Assembly: GCA_041906505.1 (NCBI GenBank)
Contig: JAYRJB010000008.1
Span: 72,053 to 136,052 of the forward strand
Source of the DNA: Candidatus Saccharimonadales bacterium
GTDB taxonomy: Bacteria; Patescibacteriota; Saccharimonadia; Saccharimonadales; 2-12-FULL-41-12
Reading direction: 5' to 3'
DNA length: 64,000 nt
Part shown: positions 19,449-28,264 of the stretch, piece after piece
Layout of the letters: each line of letters begins with the position of its first letter
Position numbering within the stretch: position 1 is the stretch's first letter
The notes under the pieces: model-generated
What the model was told of the DNA's origin: nothing
Seen by the model: the letters and a program-made list of their open reading frames with translations, nothing else
The model's database searches: none
Made by a program: the position numbers and the translations under genes

Positions 19449-20396
19449 ATGTCTAAAATGATTCACACCCCAGGAGTAGTACACATAAATGAACACGACG
19501 ATACAAGCACAACGTTTAGTATTGAACCGCTCCATAGTGGCTATGGAATGACGCTTGGGAACAGCTTGCGCAGAGTGCTATTGTCTTCGATTGCTGGTGC
19601 AGCTATTACAGGAGTCAAATTCGAAGGTGCAAGCCACGAGTTTACAACTCTTCCAGGCGTGAAAGAAGACTTGGTAGAGATCATACTTAACTTAAAAGGA
19701 GTTAAGTTTCGCATTTTCAATGACGAGCCACAGACGCTTCGTGTGAGTAAAAAGGGAAAAGGCACACTAACAGCAAAAGATATACAAGTGAATGCCAACG
19801 TAGAGGTGGTGAATCCAGATCACGCGATTGCCACTCTTGATGATGCCAGTGCGAACGTTGCATTTGACGTTATCGTCGAAGTTGGTCGTGGCTATCGGAC
19901 TGTAGAAGAGGTTTCCAACAGAAAAGTCTATTCAGATATGATCGCCGTTGACGCTATCTTTAGCCCCGTGCAAAGAGTGCGATATAAAGTCGAAAACACC
20001 CGCGTCGGACAGATGACCGACCTAGACAAGCTGGTTATTACCGTTGATACTGACGGTACAATTACACCAAAAGATGCATTCGAAGAGGCTTCTGCGATTT
20101 TAGTAAACCAGTACACGGCGTTGGCTGGTCAGACAAAAGTCGAAGCTTCTGCGCCACTGACAGCCAGCAATGTAGACAGCTCTGCGAGCGGTGAAGGGGA
20201 TGACTCACCGGCATTAATGACATCAATTGAAGATCTAAATCTTTCTGCGAGGACAACCAATGCCCTGGTAAACAACGATATCCACACCTTAAAGGATCTT
20301 TTCTCGCTCAGCGATGCCGAACTCCGTGACCTAAAAGGCTTTGGGAGTAAGGCGCTGGATGAGGTAAAAGAAAAAATGGCGGAGATGGAGTTTTAG
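19449..20396 (+). CDS. rpoA: DNA-directed RNA polymerase alpha subunit
   Basis: 315 aa. N-terminal domain LHSGYGMTLGNSLRRVLLSSI. C-terminal domain LNLSARTTNALVNNDIHTLKDL. Confidence 0.96.
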   Translation: MSKMIHTPGVVHINEHDDTSTTFSIEPLHSGYGMTLGNSLRRVLLSSIAGAAITGVKFEGASHEFTTLPGVKEDLVEIILNLKGVKFRIFNDEPQTLRVSKKGKGTLTAKDIQVNANVEVVNPDHAIATLDDASANVAFDVIVEVGRGYRTVEEVSNRKVYSDMIAVDAIFSPVQRVRYKVENTRVGQMTDLDKLVITVDTDGTITPKDAFEEASAILVNQYTALAGQTKVEASAPLTASNVDSSASGEGDDSPALMTSIEDLNLSARTTNALVNNDIHTLKDLFSLSDAELRDLKGFGSKALDEVKEKMAEMEF

Positions 20397-20399
20397 TCG

Positions 20400-20855
20400 A
20401 TGCATCGTCACGCATATAAAGGTCGTAAGTTTGGGCGAGAGCGAGACCAGCGTCGAGCGCTAATAAAGGGACTCGCGGATTCGCTAATAAAGTATGAGTC
20501 GATCGAGACAACACTACCAAAAGCAAAGGAAATTGTGCCCTATACTGAACGGCTCATCACAAAGGCTAAAAAAGGCGACCTTCATAGCCGTAGACAGATT
20601 ATTGCACGGCTTCAAACACTAGAGAGTGCCCATAAGCTCGTTGATGAAATTGCTCCAAAACTACAAAGTCGATCAAGTGGCCACCTAAGAATCGAAAGAA
20701 CGACAACACGCCGAGGCGATAATGCACAGCTTGCTCGAGTCAGCTTTGTAGACGATCTTTCGGTGGAGCTCAAGAAAAAGGCACAACCGGCAACCAAACC
20801 TACGCCTACAACAAAGAAACCGACTGCCAAGAAGAAAGAAGTGGTAAAGAAGTAA
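20400..20855 (+). CDS. rplQ: 50S ribosomal protein L17 with a basic C-terminal tail
   Basis: 151 aa. L17 core plus the tail KKKAQPATKPTPTTKKPTAKKKEVVKK. Confidence 0.94.
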   Translation: MHRHAYKGRKFGRERDQRRALIKGLADSLIKYESIETTLPKAKEIVPYTERLITKAKKGDLHSRRQIIARLQTLESAHKLVDEIAPKLQSRSSGHLRIERTTTRRGDNAQLARVSFVDDLSVELKKKAQPATKPTPTTKKPTAKKKEVVKK

Positions 20856-21298
20856 TGAAAACTTATTCTGCAAAACCTAGCGACGTCGTCCGCAAGTGGT
20901 ATGTTGTTGATGCGAGTGAAGTGCCTCTCGGTAGACTTAGTACTCGTGTTGCCGAATTGCTCATAGGCAAAGGCAAGCCAATCTTTACGAAGCATATAGA
21001 TTGCGGAGATTACGTCGTGGTCGTAAACGCCGAAAACCTAGTAGTGACAGGGAAAAAAGTTGAGGATAAGAAGTACTATAAGCATAGCCACTATCCTGGA
21101 GGACTTCGAGAGACGACTCTCAAATATGAGTTAGAAAAGGATCCAAAAAAGGTGGTACACCAAGCGGTTCGGGGCATGTTGCCGGTTAATAAGCTGCGAG
21201 ACGACAGGCTTGCACGTCTCAAAATTTACGTTGGCATAGAGCACGAGCACGCTGCCCAAAAACCAGAGAAGCTTTCATTAAAGAAAGGTAACAAATGA
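20855..21298 (+). CDS. rplM: 50S ribosomal protein L13
   Basis: 147 aa. MKTYSAKPSDVVRKWYVVDA N-terminus. Confidence 0.96.
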   Translation: MKTYSAKPSDVVRKWYVVDASEVPLGRLSTRVAELLIGKGKPIFTKHIDCGDYVVVVNAENLVVTGKKVEDKKYYKHSHYPGGLRETTLKYELEKDPKKVVHQAVRGMLPVNKLRDDRLARLKIYVGIEHEHAAQKPEKLSLKKGNK

Positions 21299-21687
21299 AT
21301 TATTTTTACGCACTTGGTCGCAGGAAGAGTGCCACCGCAAGAGTTCGAGTCACCAAAGGCAAAGGCAATTTTTTAGTAAACAACAAACCGGTGAATGACT
21401 ATTTTGAAAACAGCCAAGCACTTTTAGGCGAACTAAAGAAACCAATGTTGGTACTGGAGCTTGACGACACAAAATTTGATGTAAGCGTCAAGGTCAACGG
21501 CGGCGGACATGCAGGCCAAATTGATGCAATTCGGCTTGGAATCGCGAAGGCTCTTGTGCAGCTGAATCCAGATTACAAGAACACGCTTCGGCGCGCAGAG
21601 TTGCTTGGACGTGACCCCCGCGAAAAAGAACGGAAAAAGTTTGGGCTCAAAGGGGCTCGTAAACAGCGCCAGTTTACAAAACGATAG
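21295..21687 (+). CDS. rpsI: 30S ribosomal protein S9
   Basis: 130 aa. C-terminus KFGLKGARKQRQFTKR. Confidence 0.96.
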   Translation: MNYFYALGRRKSATARVRVTKGKGNFLVNNKPVNDYFENSQALLGELKKPMLVLELDDTKFDVSVKVNGGGHAGQIDAIRLGIAKALVQLNPDYKNTLRRAELLGRDPREKERKKFGLKGARKQRQFTKR

Positions 21688-21779
21688 GACAATCAATACT
21701 ATCTTGGCGACATTAATTGCCGCGTGGTATGGCCATTTCTTTCAACGAAACTATGGTATCTAGGATATAATATTTAGCA

Positions 21780-22811
21780 ATGAGCAAACCTGTTATTCTG
21801 ACTGGACTTCGTGCGAATAACGATTTGCACTTAGGAAATTATTTTGGGAGCTTATTGCCAATAATTGATATGGCGAATGAGCGTGCGGGTCAATATCAGA
21901 TCAATTTGTTTGTGCCCGACCTTCATAGTTTTACTACACCTATCGATCACACGAAGCTCCAGGCTCAAATTTTTGAAAATCTTCAAGCATTTGTTGCGGC
22001 TGGTTTTCCTATAAATAAGGCTGATGTGTATGTCTATCGGCAGAGTTTTATTCCGGCCCATAGTGAGATGACATGGATACTGGATTGCTTTACGAGTTTT
22101 GGTGAAATGAAGCGCATGACTCAGTTTAAGGAAAAAAGTGCCGGTCATTCGGATAGGGTGAGTGTCGGGCTGTTCAACTACCCGGTGTTAATGGCGGCGG
22201 ATATACTGCTTTATAACGCTACATATGTGCCGGTGGGAGACGATCAAACACAACATCTGGAGTTTACGCGAGATATCGCGCAGCGCATGAATGCAATGTT
22301 TGGTGAACTATTCACTGTCCCCGCTGATGTAAAGGCGCAGCACAACTTTTTTGGCAAAGATCAAGGAGTTCGAATAAAGGACCTAGCAAATCCTGCCAAA
22401 AAAATGAGCAAGAGCTCCGAAAGTGACAAGGGGGTTATTTTCCTTAATGATGCCCCAGAAGTTGCGGCCAAAAAAATCATGTCAGCAACAACGGATAGTC
22501 TTGGTCGTATTCAGTATGATCATCAGAATCAGCCGGGCGTCAGTAATCTTATTGATATTTTAGCGCTGCTGCGACAGTCAAATCCTAACCAAGTGGCTGC
22601 CGATCACGACGGCGACAATTACGGAGATTTTAAACGAATTGTTGCAAATTCGATTGCTGAATTTTTGACGAACTATCAGAGTAGACTGGCAGTTGCAAAT
22701 AAGGCAGAGATTGTTGAAGCGCTGGACAAAAGCGAATCGGCGGTAAAGACTGTGGCGAACGACACACTGCTTCGAGTTCAGAAGGCGGTAGGATTAAGAG
22801 CTCGTGACTAA
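21780..22811 (+). CDS. trpS: tryptophan--tRNA ligase
   Basis: 343 aa. HLGNYFG (HIGH-type) and KMSKS motifs. TATAAT at 21766-21771 lies 8 nt before the ATG. Confidence 0.9.
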   Translation: MSKPVILTGLRANNDLHLGNYFGSLLPIIDMANERAGQYQINLFVPDLHSFTTPIDHTKLQAQIFENLQAFVAAGFPINKADVYVYRQSFIPAHSEMTWILDCFTSFGEMKRMTQFKEKSAGHSDRVSVGLFNYPVLMAADILLYNATYVPVGDDQTQHLEFTRDIAQRMNAMFGELFTVPADVKAQHNFFGKDQGVRIKDLANPAKKMSKSSESDKGVIFLNDAPEVAAKKIMSATTDSLGRIQYDHQNQPGVSNLIDILALLRQSNPNQVAADHDGDNYGDFKRIVANSIAEFLTNYQSRLAVANKAEIVEALDKSESAVKTVANDTLLRVQKAVGLRARD

Positions 22812-23652
22812 GACTGTTTCTCGCTTGGACACGCGTTTGAGCGAACGCTACCCAGAATTTAGTCGCGCGCAGCTTCAGAAATTTATTAAGGCTGGAGAAG
22901 TAAAGCTGAACAATAAGCTGGCAACCAGAGCCAGTCAAGCAGTACTTGATGGCGATGTTGTTGAGCTTTTTCGCAAAAATGTACCAAATTTGAGCAATAG
23001 CAACTTAGACCTGCCGGTGCTCTACGAAGACGATGATTGCGTGGTTATCGACAAGCCAGTAGGTATCCTCGCTCACAGCAAGGGGGTAGACAACCCAGAA
23101 ATAACCGTTGCTTCTTGGGTCGGACTGAGGAGCGGCTTTGATTTTCCAAGTCAATCAAATCGTACGGGAATAGTTCATAGGCTTGATAGGGCTACAAGTG
23201 GCGTTATGATAGTTGCAAAGAACCAGAAGGCTTTAGGGGCTCTACAAAAGCAATTCCAGACAAGAAAGGCTAAGAAAGTGTACCGTACGCTGGTCCAAGG
23301 ACACCTCAAGCAGCCTCACGCAATCCTCGACTTGCCAATTGAAAGAAACCCAAAAGCACCCCAAAAATTTAGAGTCGGAGCCAACGGAAAATCAGCAACA
23401 ACAGAATATAGGGTCTTAAAGTCCCTTGATGAATTTGATTATCTTGAGCTGCGCCCAACAACCGGCAGGACGCATCAGTTGCGAGTACATATGAAATATC
23501 TAGGACATCCAATAATAGGTGACAGCTTTTATGGGGGTAGGCCAGCGAGTCGACTTTATTTGCACGCCTATAGCTTAGAAATAACCCTACCGAATCGATC
23601 AAGGCAAACGTTTATCGCTGCTGTTCCTAAGGACTTCTTACTGGGTTTATGA
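22804..23652 (+). CDS. rluD: RluA-family pseudouridine synthase with N-terminal S4 domain (RluD-like)
   Basis: 282 aa. Catalytic motif HRLDRATSGVMIVAKN. GTG start overlapping the trpS end. Confidence 0.8.
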   Translation: MTKTVSRLDTRLSERYPEFSRAQLQKFIKAGEVKLNNKLATRASQAVLDGDVVELFRKNVPNLSNSNLDLPVLYEDDDCVVIDKPVGILAHSKGVDNPEITVASWVGLRSGFDFPSQSNRTGIVHRLDRATSGVMIVAKNQKALGALQKQFQTRKAKKVYRTLVQGHLKQPHAILDLPIERNPKAPQKFRVGANGKSATTEYRVLKSLDEFDYLELRPTTGRTHQLRVHMKYLGHPIIGDSFYGGRPASRLYLHAYSLEITLPNRSRQTFIAAVPKDFLLGL

Positions 23653-24521
23653 TTATGGAGACCCCAATGTTTCATCCAATAACGCAAAAGAAGATAAACC
23701 TATTGCTGAATGATCCCCCGCAAGCCGTGGGTATTATTGGAGAACCAAAAAGCGGCAAAGGGTTTGTCGCAAAGTATGTTGCGGCCAAGCTTTTGGGCCT
23801 AGAACTGTCGGATCTGTCAAAATACCCATATTGTCTTCGCTATGACGTCGAAAGTGAGAAATTTGGTATTGATGAAATTCGAGATCTCCAAAAAGCACTC
23901 AGTATAAAGGTGCCCCGCCAGACGAACATTAATCGAGTTGTTATTTTGGAGCATATTCATTCGCTGGGGCATGAAGCACAAAGTGCGCTACTTAAGACAC
24001 TTGAGGAACCACCTTCATATACTTCAATTATTGTCACGTTTAATCATCCTGCGTCAGTATTAGAAACCGTTAGGTCTCGGCTTCAAGAAATCCAAGTTTT
24101 ACCGGTTTCTGAGGCTGACGCAAAAGCGACACTATCTTCCTACAAGACAATCGAACTAGAACAAGCATACGCAATAAGTGGCGGACGGGCTGGTCTTATG
24201 ATGGCATTACTCGGAGAGTCTGATGATCAGCAAACGATTCATGCAATAACGCTCGCGAAGGAGATATTAAAGAAGACTAAATACGAGAGGCTTTGCATGG
24301 TTGACGTGTTAACAAAGAAGCCAGAAATTCCCACATCTGACCTGCTTGAGTCAATTCGAATCATATTAAGTGCAGCATTTCAGAACTCAATAAAGGGGGC
24401 AAACATATCGCAACAAAGCGCCTCCCTGCACAGGTTAAGTCGAGTGTACGATGCAATTCAAGACAACCAAAAGGGCGCGAACCAAAAACTAACCTTGTCT
24501 CGCCTTTTCGCAGCGCTCTAA
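23649..24521 (+). CDS. holB: DNA polymerase III delta-prime subunit
   Basis: 290 aa. GEPKSGKG P-loop-like segment and LLKTLEEPP motif. ATGA overlap with rluD. Confidence 0.75.
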   Translation: MIMETPMFHPITQKKINLLLNDPPQAVGIIGEPKSGKGFVAKYVAAKLLGLELSDLSKYPYCLRYDVESEKFGIDEIRDLQKALSIKVPRQTNINRVVILEHIHSLGHEAQSALLKTLEEPPSYTSIIVTFNHPASVLETVRSRLQEIQVLPVSEADAKATLSSYKTIELEQAYAISGGRAGLMMALLGESDDQQTIHAITLAKEILKKTKYERLCMVDVLTKKPEIPTSDLLESIRIILSAAFQNSIKGANISQQSASLHRLSRVYDAIQDNQKGANQKLTLSRLFAAL

Positions 24522-24541
24522 TGCTATAATGTTCTGAATAT

Positions 24542-25201
24542 ATGTATGAACTTGTACTTATTGCTGGGCTAGGCGCCCTCACTTTTCGGGCGTTTTCAAA
24601 ACACTCAGAAGAAGAACCCGACATTCCCCACCGAATTGGCGAACGAATTGGGAGGCTTTGGGGTGTTGTGCATCAAGGCATGCGAGAAAACCGTTTGCTA
24701 AGGGCTGAAAAGGCACTGCTTACTATTTTAAAAATCGATGAAAAAAATGCTGCCGCCTACAATAGATTAGGTATTTTGTATGCAAAGCAAAAAGAATACA
24801 AGGACGCAATTGATTGTTTCGAAATAGCCTGTAGTATTGAGCCAACCGCCTCAAGCTTGCACAATTTGGGGCTTATTTATTACGAAACCGAAAACTACGA
24901 AAAGGCAGTGACGGCATTCGAGGAGGCCCTAAAATTAGAGGACACAATGGCAGCAAGACACATTGCACTTGCAAAAGCCTTGGAGCGCCTTGGAAATGAA
25001 AAACAAATGCTAGAAGAACTTGAAAAAGCTAGTGAGATAGAGCCGACCCACGAGGTGTTTGCAATGCTTGAGAGAACGTATCGCTCTATGGGGATAGAAG
25101 ACAAAGCCGACTTAATAGAAGATAAGCTAAAAAAGATGAAAGTTCCATCTGGCAAGCGAAAATCTCGTATTCGTCGTCCCTCAAAACGCGTCGTCGTATA
25201 G
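24542..25201 (+). CDS. TPR-repeat protein with N-terminal hydrophobic segment
   Basis: 219 aa. Repeated A..Y..LG..Y....Y..A...F..AL TPR pattern. TGcTATAAT at 24522-24530 lies 11 nt upstream of the ATG. Confidence 0.7.
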   Translation: MYELVLIAGLGALTFRAFSKHSEEEPDIPHRIGERIGRLWGVVHQGMRENRLLRAEKALLTILKIDEKNAAAYNRLGILYAKQKEYKDAIDCFEIACSIEPTASSLHNLGLIYYETENYEKAVTAFEEALKLEDTMAARHIALAKALERLGNEKQMLEELEKASEIEPTHEVFAMLERTYRSMGIEDKADLIEDKLKKMKVPSGKRKSRIRRPSKRVVV

Positions 25202-25251
25202 CTTCGTTCCTTTTCTCATATTCACGCCGCATTAGCCAAGAGGTAAGGTTA

Positions 25252-25752
25252 CTAAGAAACGGCGATTGTCTTGTTGCGTAGCTCGCTTCTTAGTCGCATC
25301 CAAATTTTGCCGAGCTCGTTTCGTCCATCGCGGTTTGGACCCCAACCCCAAAAATCGTCTTTTGGAGAGTCTTCAACTATGTCCAAGTCACCACTAAGCT
25401 CAAGCTTTTGTTGTACATATGGATTCTGGAGTAGCTTGAGTCTACATATTTCGTACATAATGTCTACTTTGACGTCATCCCAATTTTCTGGAGCCCTATG
25501 GCTATTTGCTTTGGCAATTTTATATGCGTCGTGGGCTGAACGAGCGTCAAAAATTTCTTCTACCAATTCTGGCGCGGTTTCAAAAAAATGTGAGGCTTGA
25601 TAGGCGTGTTCGGATGTTGGCCACCGTCTATTGGCATAGTCGACTTGAAACGACGAGAAGTTGTTGAAAGGGTAAAACTCACGGGGATAAAAACCAATGA
25701 CGTTGCCAGATGTATCTAATTCTGGGTCTCTAAATTGCTTTGGCCTCTGCAT
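25252..25752 (-). CDS. NADAR (DUF1768/YbiA-like) domain protein
   Basis: 166 aa. FYPFNNFSSFQVDY...WPTSEHAYQASHF and ...WGWG... are NADAR hallmarks. Confidence 0.75.
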   Translation of the reverse strand: MQRPKQFRDPELDTSGNVIGFYPREFYPFNNFSSFQVDYANRRWPTSEHAYQASHFFETAPELVEEIFDARSAHDAYKIAKANSHRAPENWDDVKVDIMYEICRLKLLQNPYVQQKLELSGDLDIVEDSPKDDFWGWGPNRDGRNELGKIWMRLRSELRNKTIAVS

Positions 25753-25756
25753 AGCC

Positions 25757-26329
25757 CTACTTCCTTTCCAGTATGTCTAATAATATAGGGAGTTCTTCAT
25801 TTTTCATGTTGTGGCCAATTCTAAAGTGTCCATAGCCATCTAATTCAATAATTTGAGCTTGAGGAATAGTAGTGGCTATCCGCTCAACATTTCTGTGAAT
25901 TGCAATATCGTCATCTAGGGAGTTAAGTATAGCTATGCACCCTGCACGTTCGGCGATGTTGTTGTCTGGTTTATATTGCGAGAAATCGCCATATTTTCCG
26001 TCAAAATCACGGTATGGTGCCACTAGTATGGTTTTTTCAACAGATATGCTCTTATTCTCCGACAGCCACCTAAGAATGAATTCGGCTCCCGCGCTGTGAC
26101 CTACGAGGCAGGTGTGCTGATCAACGTGGTTTGCTTCGAAAACTTCCTTCCAAGCTTGGTATATTGGGAAGTAGGGCTGCGGTAGGGCAGGGATCGTTAC
26201 ATCGACATTCCTCGCTGCCAACTGGCGGCCAAGCCACGGGAACCAATTAGCTTCGTGTGGCTTAGGCTCACTTGGGTCTTCGTAGCGCTCCCTCGTTGGC
26301 TTACCGTGAAGAAGGATTGCGTTTTTCAT
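25757..26329 (-). CDS. alpha/beta serine hydrolase (YdeN/RBBP9-like)
   Basis: 190 aa. Nucleophile elbow VGHSAGA with C-terminal GYGHF. 4-nt gap to the NADAR gene. Confidence 0.7.
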   Translation of the reverse strand: MKNAILLHGKPTRERYEDPSEPKPHEANWFPWLGRQLAARNVDVTIPALPQPYFPIYQAWKEVFEANHVDQHTCLVGHSAGAEFILRWLSENKSISVEKTILVAPYRDFDGKYGDFSQYKPDNNIAERAGCIAILNSLDDDIAIHRNVERIATTIPQAQIIELDGYGHFRIGHNMKNEELPILLDILERK

Positions 26330-26401
26330 AAGACTTACTTCACTATATTAGCGAACACAGTGCCCAATTTCTTTTTCTTTGCGATACTGTACGACAAAAT
26401 T

Positions 26402-26791
26402 TCATTGAATTTGTGGGTATCTATCAGCATTTTCTCTATAATAATCAACCCATTTATCATTTTCATCGACTTCAACATATTCGATGTAGTAACCCTTGCT
26501 AAAAGAGCCACTTCTCTTGTTTTTGAGATTTTTTTGGGCAGCAACTTCGGTTTTCGTTAGGCCATAGGCTACTACGAGGTCATCAATGGCCTGCTGTACA
26601 TCTGCGATTTCAGAAGCGATATTGTCATTATCTGCATCATAAATTTCACGCGATTCTTCTTGGATCTTTTTGACCAACTCTTTTACAAGCTCGTTTTCTG
26701 TCAATTCTCGGTAATGAGGTTTTGCCCCAGAAGCAATTTGTTGATCAACAATTTTGTCTCTCACAAGCTTTTTGAACTGAAACTTCAGCAT
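26402..26791 (-). CDS. MazG-like / PRA-PH-like nucleoside triphosphate pyrophosphohydrolase
   Basis: 129 aa. The N-terminus KKLVRDKIVDQ... and the acidic helix pair (EESRE, EIADVQQAIDD) are typical of all-alpha NTP pyrophosphatases. Confidence 0.6.
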   Translation of the reverse strand: MLKFQFKKLVRDKIVDQQIASGAKPHYRELTENELVKELVKKIQEESREIYDADNDNIASEIADVQQAIDDLVVAYGLTKTEVAAQKNLKNKRSGSFSKGYYIEYVEVDENDKWVDYYRENADRYPQIQ

Positions 26792-26880
26792 AGCTATACT
26801 CTAGCGCATTTTCGGAGAAAGTTCTAAGCTCGCAATATTTTTATCAGTCGTCTATCGTCACTGCTGAAGTTGCAGTTAAC

Positions 26881-27717
26881 TTATTCCCTACTGAGGGATA
26901 TTTGCGGGTTTCCTTTCAATCTGTCCAGCCTCACTAGAACAAGTCTAGCTTCGTCGAGTGGACGTAAAGTTCCATCTGACTGGTGCAAACTCGCGTCCGT
27001 AAGGGCCAATACATTTCTAAAGCCCTTGTCATGAAAGTGACGGGCATCCTTATATTCTACACCATCGACTTTACCAGAAATAGTTTGCCACCACATATCC
27101 CTGCCCATTGGATCGTCCAGTCTATAGTAAACCGATCCACTCGCTTTAGGCAGTTCAAGCCACTCCTCAACGGTAACAGTTGCTGTGAAGTCTTTTCCAG
27201 CATATTGTTCGTTGAATTCCTGAAGCCAAACTCGGCTAATTTCGTTTGGTACCCTTACTTCATGTACTTCATCTACACCGCGCCCTACTGTCTCAGCCAT
27301 GAATTTTGGATAAATAAGTCCGTCTCGTTCCAAATTTTCAATAGTATCTAAGACTTGATTTAGGCTCGCTACATCAGTAAGTCTGTTGCCAAATGCCATA
27401 TTGCCGTACGAACCGAACGCACCTTCCATATTCGCAGATAAACTAAGTATCTTGTAATTATGTGCGTCGTATAACCCCATGCTTGCAGACGGCAAAGGAT
27501 CTTCTTCCGAAGTTTGATCTTCGCTGAAATACTCATAGTCGATTGCCCGTACTGGTACTATTTGTGCCGTTGCTTTGACTGCGTAATTACCCACATACTG
27601 CTGCCTATTGGGAATTCGGCTCTCGACTTCTTCTGAACGGCTCAACGTAAAGCTAAGAAATCTTTCAAGAACATCTGGTGATAAATTTTGTTCACCGCTA
27701 GGGATTACCTCACTCAT
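26881..27717 (-). CDS. hypothetical 278-aa protein
   Basis: Start set at MSEVIPSGEQ (ATG at 27717). A consensus promoter sits immediately upstream. The longer track ORF runs into the tRNA-like element. No family recognised. Confidence 0.6.
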   Translation of the reverse strand: MSEVIPSGEQNLSPDVLERFLSFTLSRSEEVESRIPNRQQYVGNYAVKATAQIVPVRAIDYEYFSEDQTSEEDPLPSASMGLYDAHNYKILSLSANMEGAFGSYGNMAFGNRLTDVASLNQVLDTIENLERDGLIYPKFMAETVGRGVDEVHEVRVPNEISRVWLQEFNEQYAGKDFTATVTVEEWLELPKASGSVYYRLDDPMGRDMWWQTISGKVDGVEYKDARHFHDKGFRNVLALTDASLHQSDGTLRPLDEARLVLVRLDRLKGNPQISLSRE

Positions 27718-27724
27718 AAAGCAA

Positions 27725-27753
27725 ATTATAATACCCATTCTAGAATATGTAAA
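27725..27753 (-). promoter_or_regulatory. near-consensus promoter giving a leaderless transcript
   Basis: Minus strand: TTTACA (27753-27748), 17-nt spacer, TATAAT (27730-27725). The ATG (27717) begins 7 nt after the -10 box. Confidence 0.6.
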
Positions 27754-27755
27754 TT

Positions 27756-27838
27756 TGGTGCAGGGTGTTGGGTTCGAAGACTGCTCCAACAAGTTGTAGT
27801 CGTAGGCTTGACCCACCATGCCAAAAGAAAAACCCTGC
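27756..27838 (-). pseudogene. degenerate tRNA-like element sharing its acceptor stem and 3' end with the adjacent tRNA-Tyr
   Basis: Reverse complement: GCAGGGT...GTTGG[AGCAGTC]TTCGAACCCAAC-ACCCTGC-ACCA. The acceptor stem, discriminator and CCA match tRNA-Tyr. The T-loop carries a 7-nt insertion, and no anticodon arm can be folded. Confidence 0.5.
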
Positions 27839-27854
27839 TAAAGGGTTCATCTTT

Positions 27855-27940
27855 TGGTGCAGGGTGTAGGATTCGAACCTACGAAGGCATAAGCCATCAG
27901 ATTTACAGTCTGACGTGTTTGACCGCTTCACTAACCCTGC
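27855..27940 (-). tRNA. tRNA-Tyr (GTA), class II with long variable arm, CCA encoded
   Basis: Hand-folded: GCAGGGT TA GTG-AAGCGGTCAAA-CAC G TCAGA CTGTAAA TCTGA TGGCTTATGCCTTC GTAGG TTCGAAT CCTAC ACCCTGC A CCA. Confidence 0.9.
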
Positions 27941-27955
27941 AAAATGTACTTGGCT

Positions 27956-28031
27956 TGGAGCCGACGGCCGGATTCGAACCGGCGACCCGCTGTTTACAAA
28001 ACAGCCGCTCTAGCCACTGAGCTACGTCGGC
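27956..28031 (-). tRNA. tRNA-Thr (TGT), CCA encoded
   Basis: Hand-folded: GCCGACG TA GCTC AGTGGCTA GAGC G GCTGT TTTGTAA ACAGC GGGTC GCCGG TTCGAAT CCGGC CGTCGGC T CCA. Confidence 0.9.
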
Positions 28032-28043
28032 ATAGACCCAGGA

Positions 28044-28073
28044 ATTTTAACAGATTAAACCATCTAATAGCAA
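28044..28073 (-). promoter_or_regulatory. candidate promoter for the minus-strand tRNA cluster
   Basis: Minus strand: TTGCTA (28073-28068), 18-nt spacer, TAAAAT (28049-28044), about 13 nt before the tRNA-Thr 5' end. Confidence 0.4.
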
Positions 28074-28120
28074 GAAGGCGTGGTAGGGTAGTTTTTGCAC
28101 AAGATTTGCTTAGGTATGTT

Positions 28121-28129
28121 TGCTATAAT
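28121..28129 (+). promoter_or_regulatory. candidate extended -10 promoter for tRNA-Thr(GGT) and rpmG
   Basis: TGcTATAAT, with the hexamer at 28124-28129, 22 nt upstream of the tRNA. No good -35 box. Confidence 0.4.
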
Positions 28130-28151
28130 TGATCCTATTCGTTCGTCTCGT

Positions 28152-28226
<75 letters not shown>

Positions 28227-28264
28227 AGTTTACATATAGCTTACAATCTGTTAGAGTAATACAA

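Noticed and set aside
26881-27819. The track ORF extends the 278-aa protein by 34 N-terminal codons (MVGQAYDYNLLEQ...).
   Set aside because: The extension reads through the tRNA-like element and through the consensus TTTACA-17-TATAAT promoter. The start at 27717 fits the promoter geometry.
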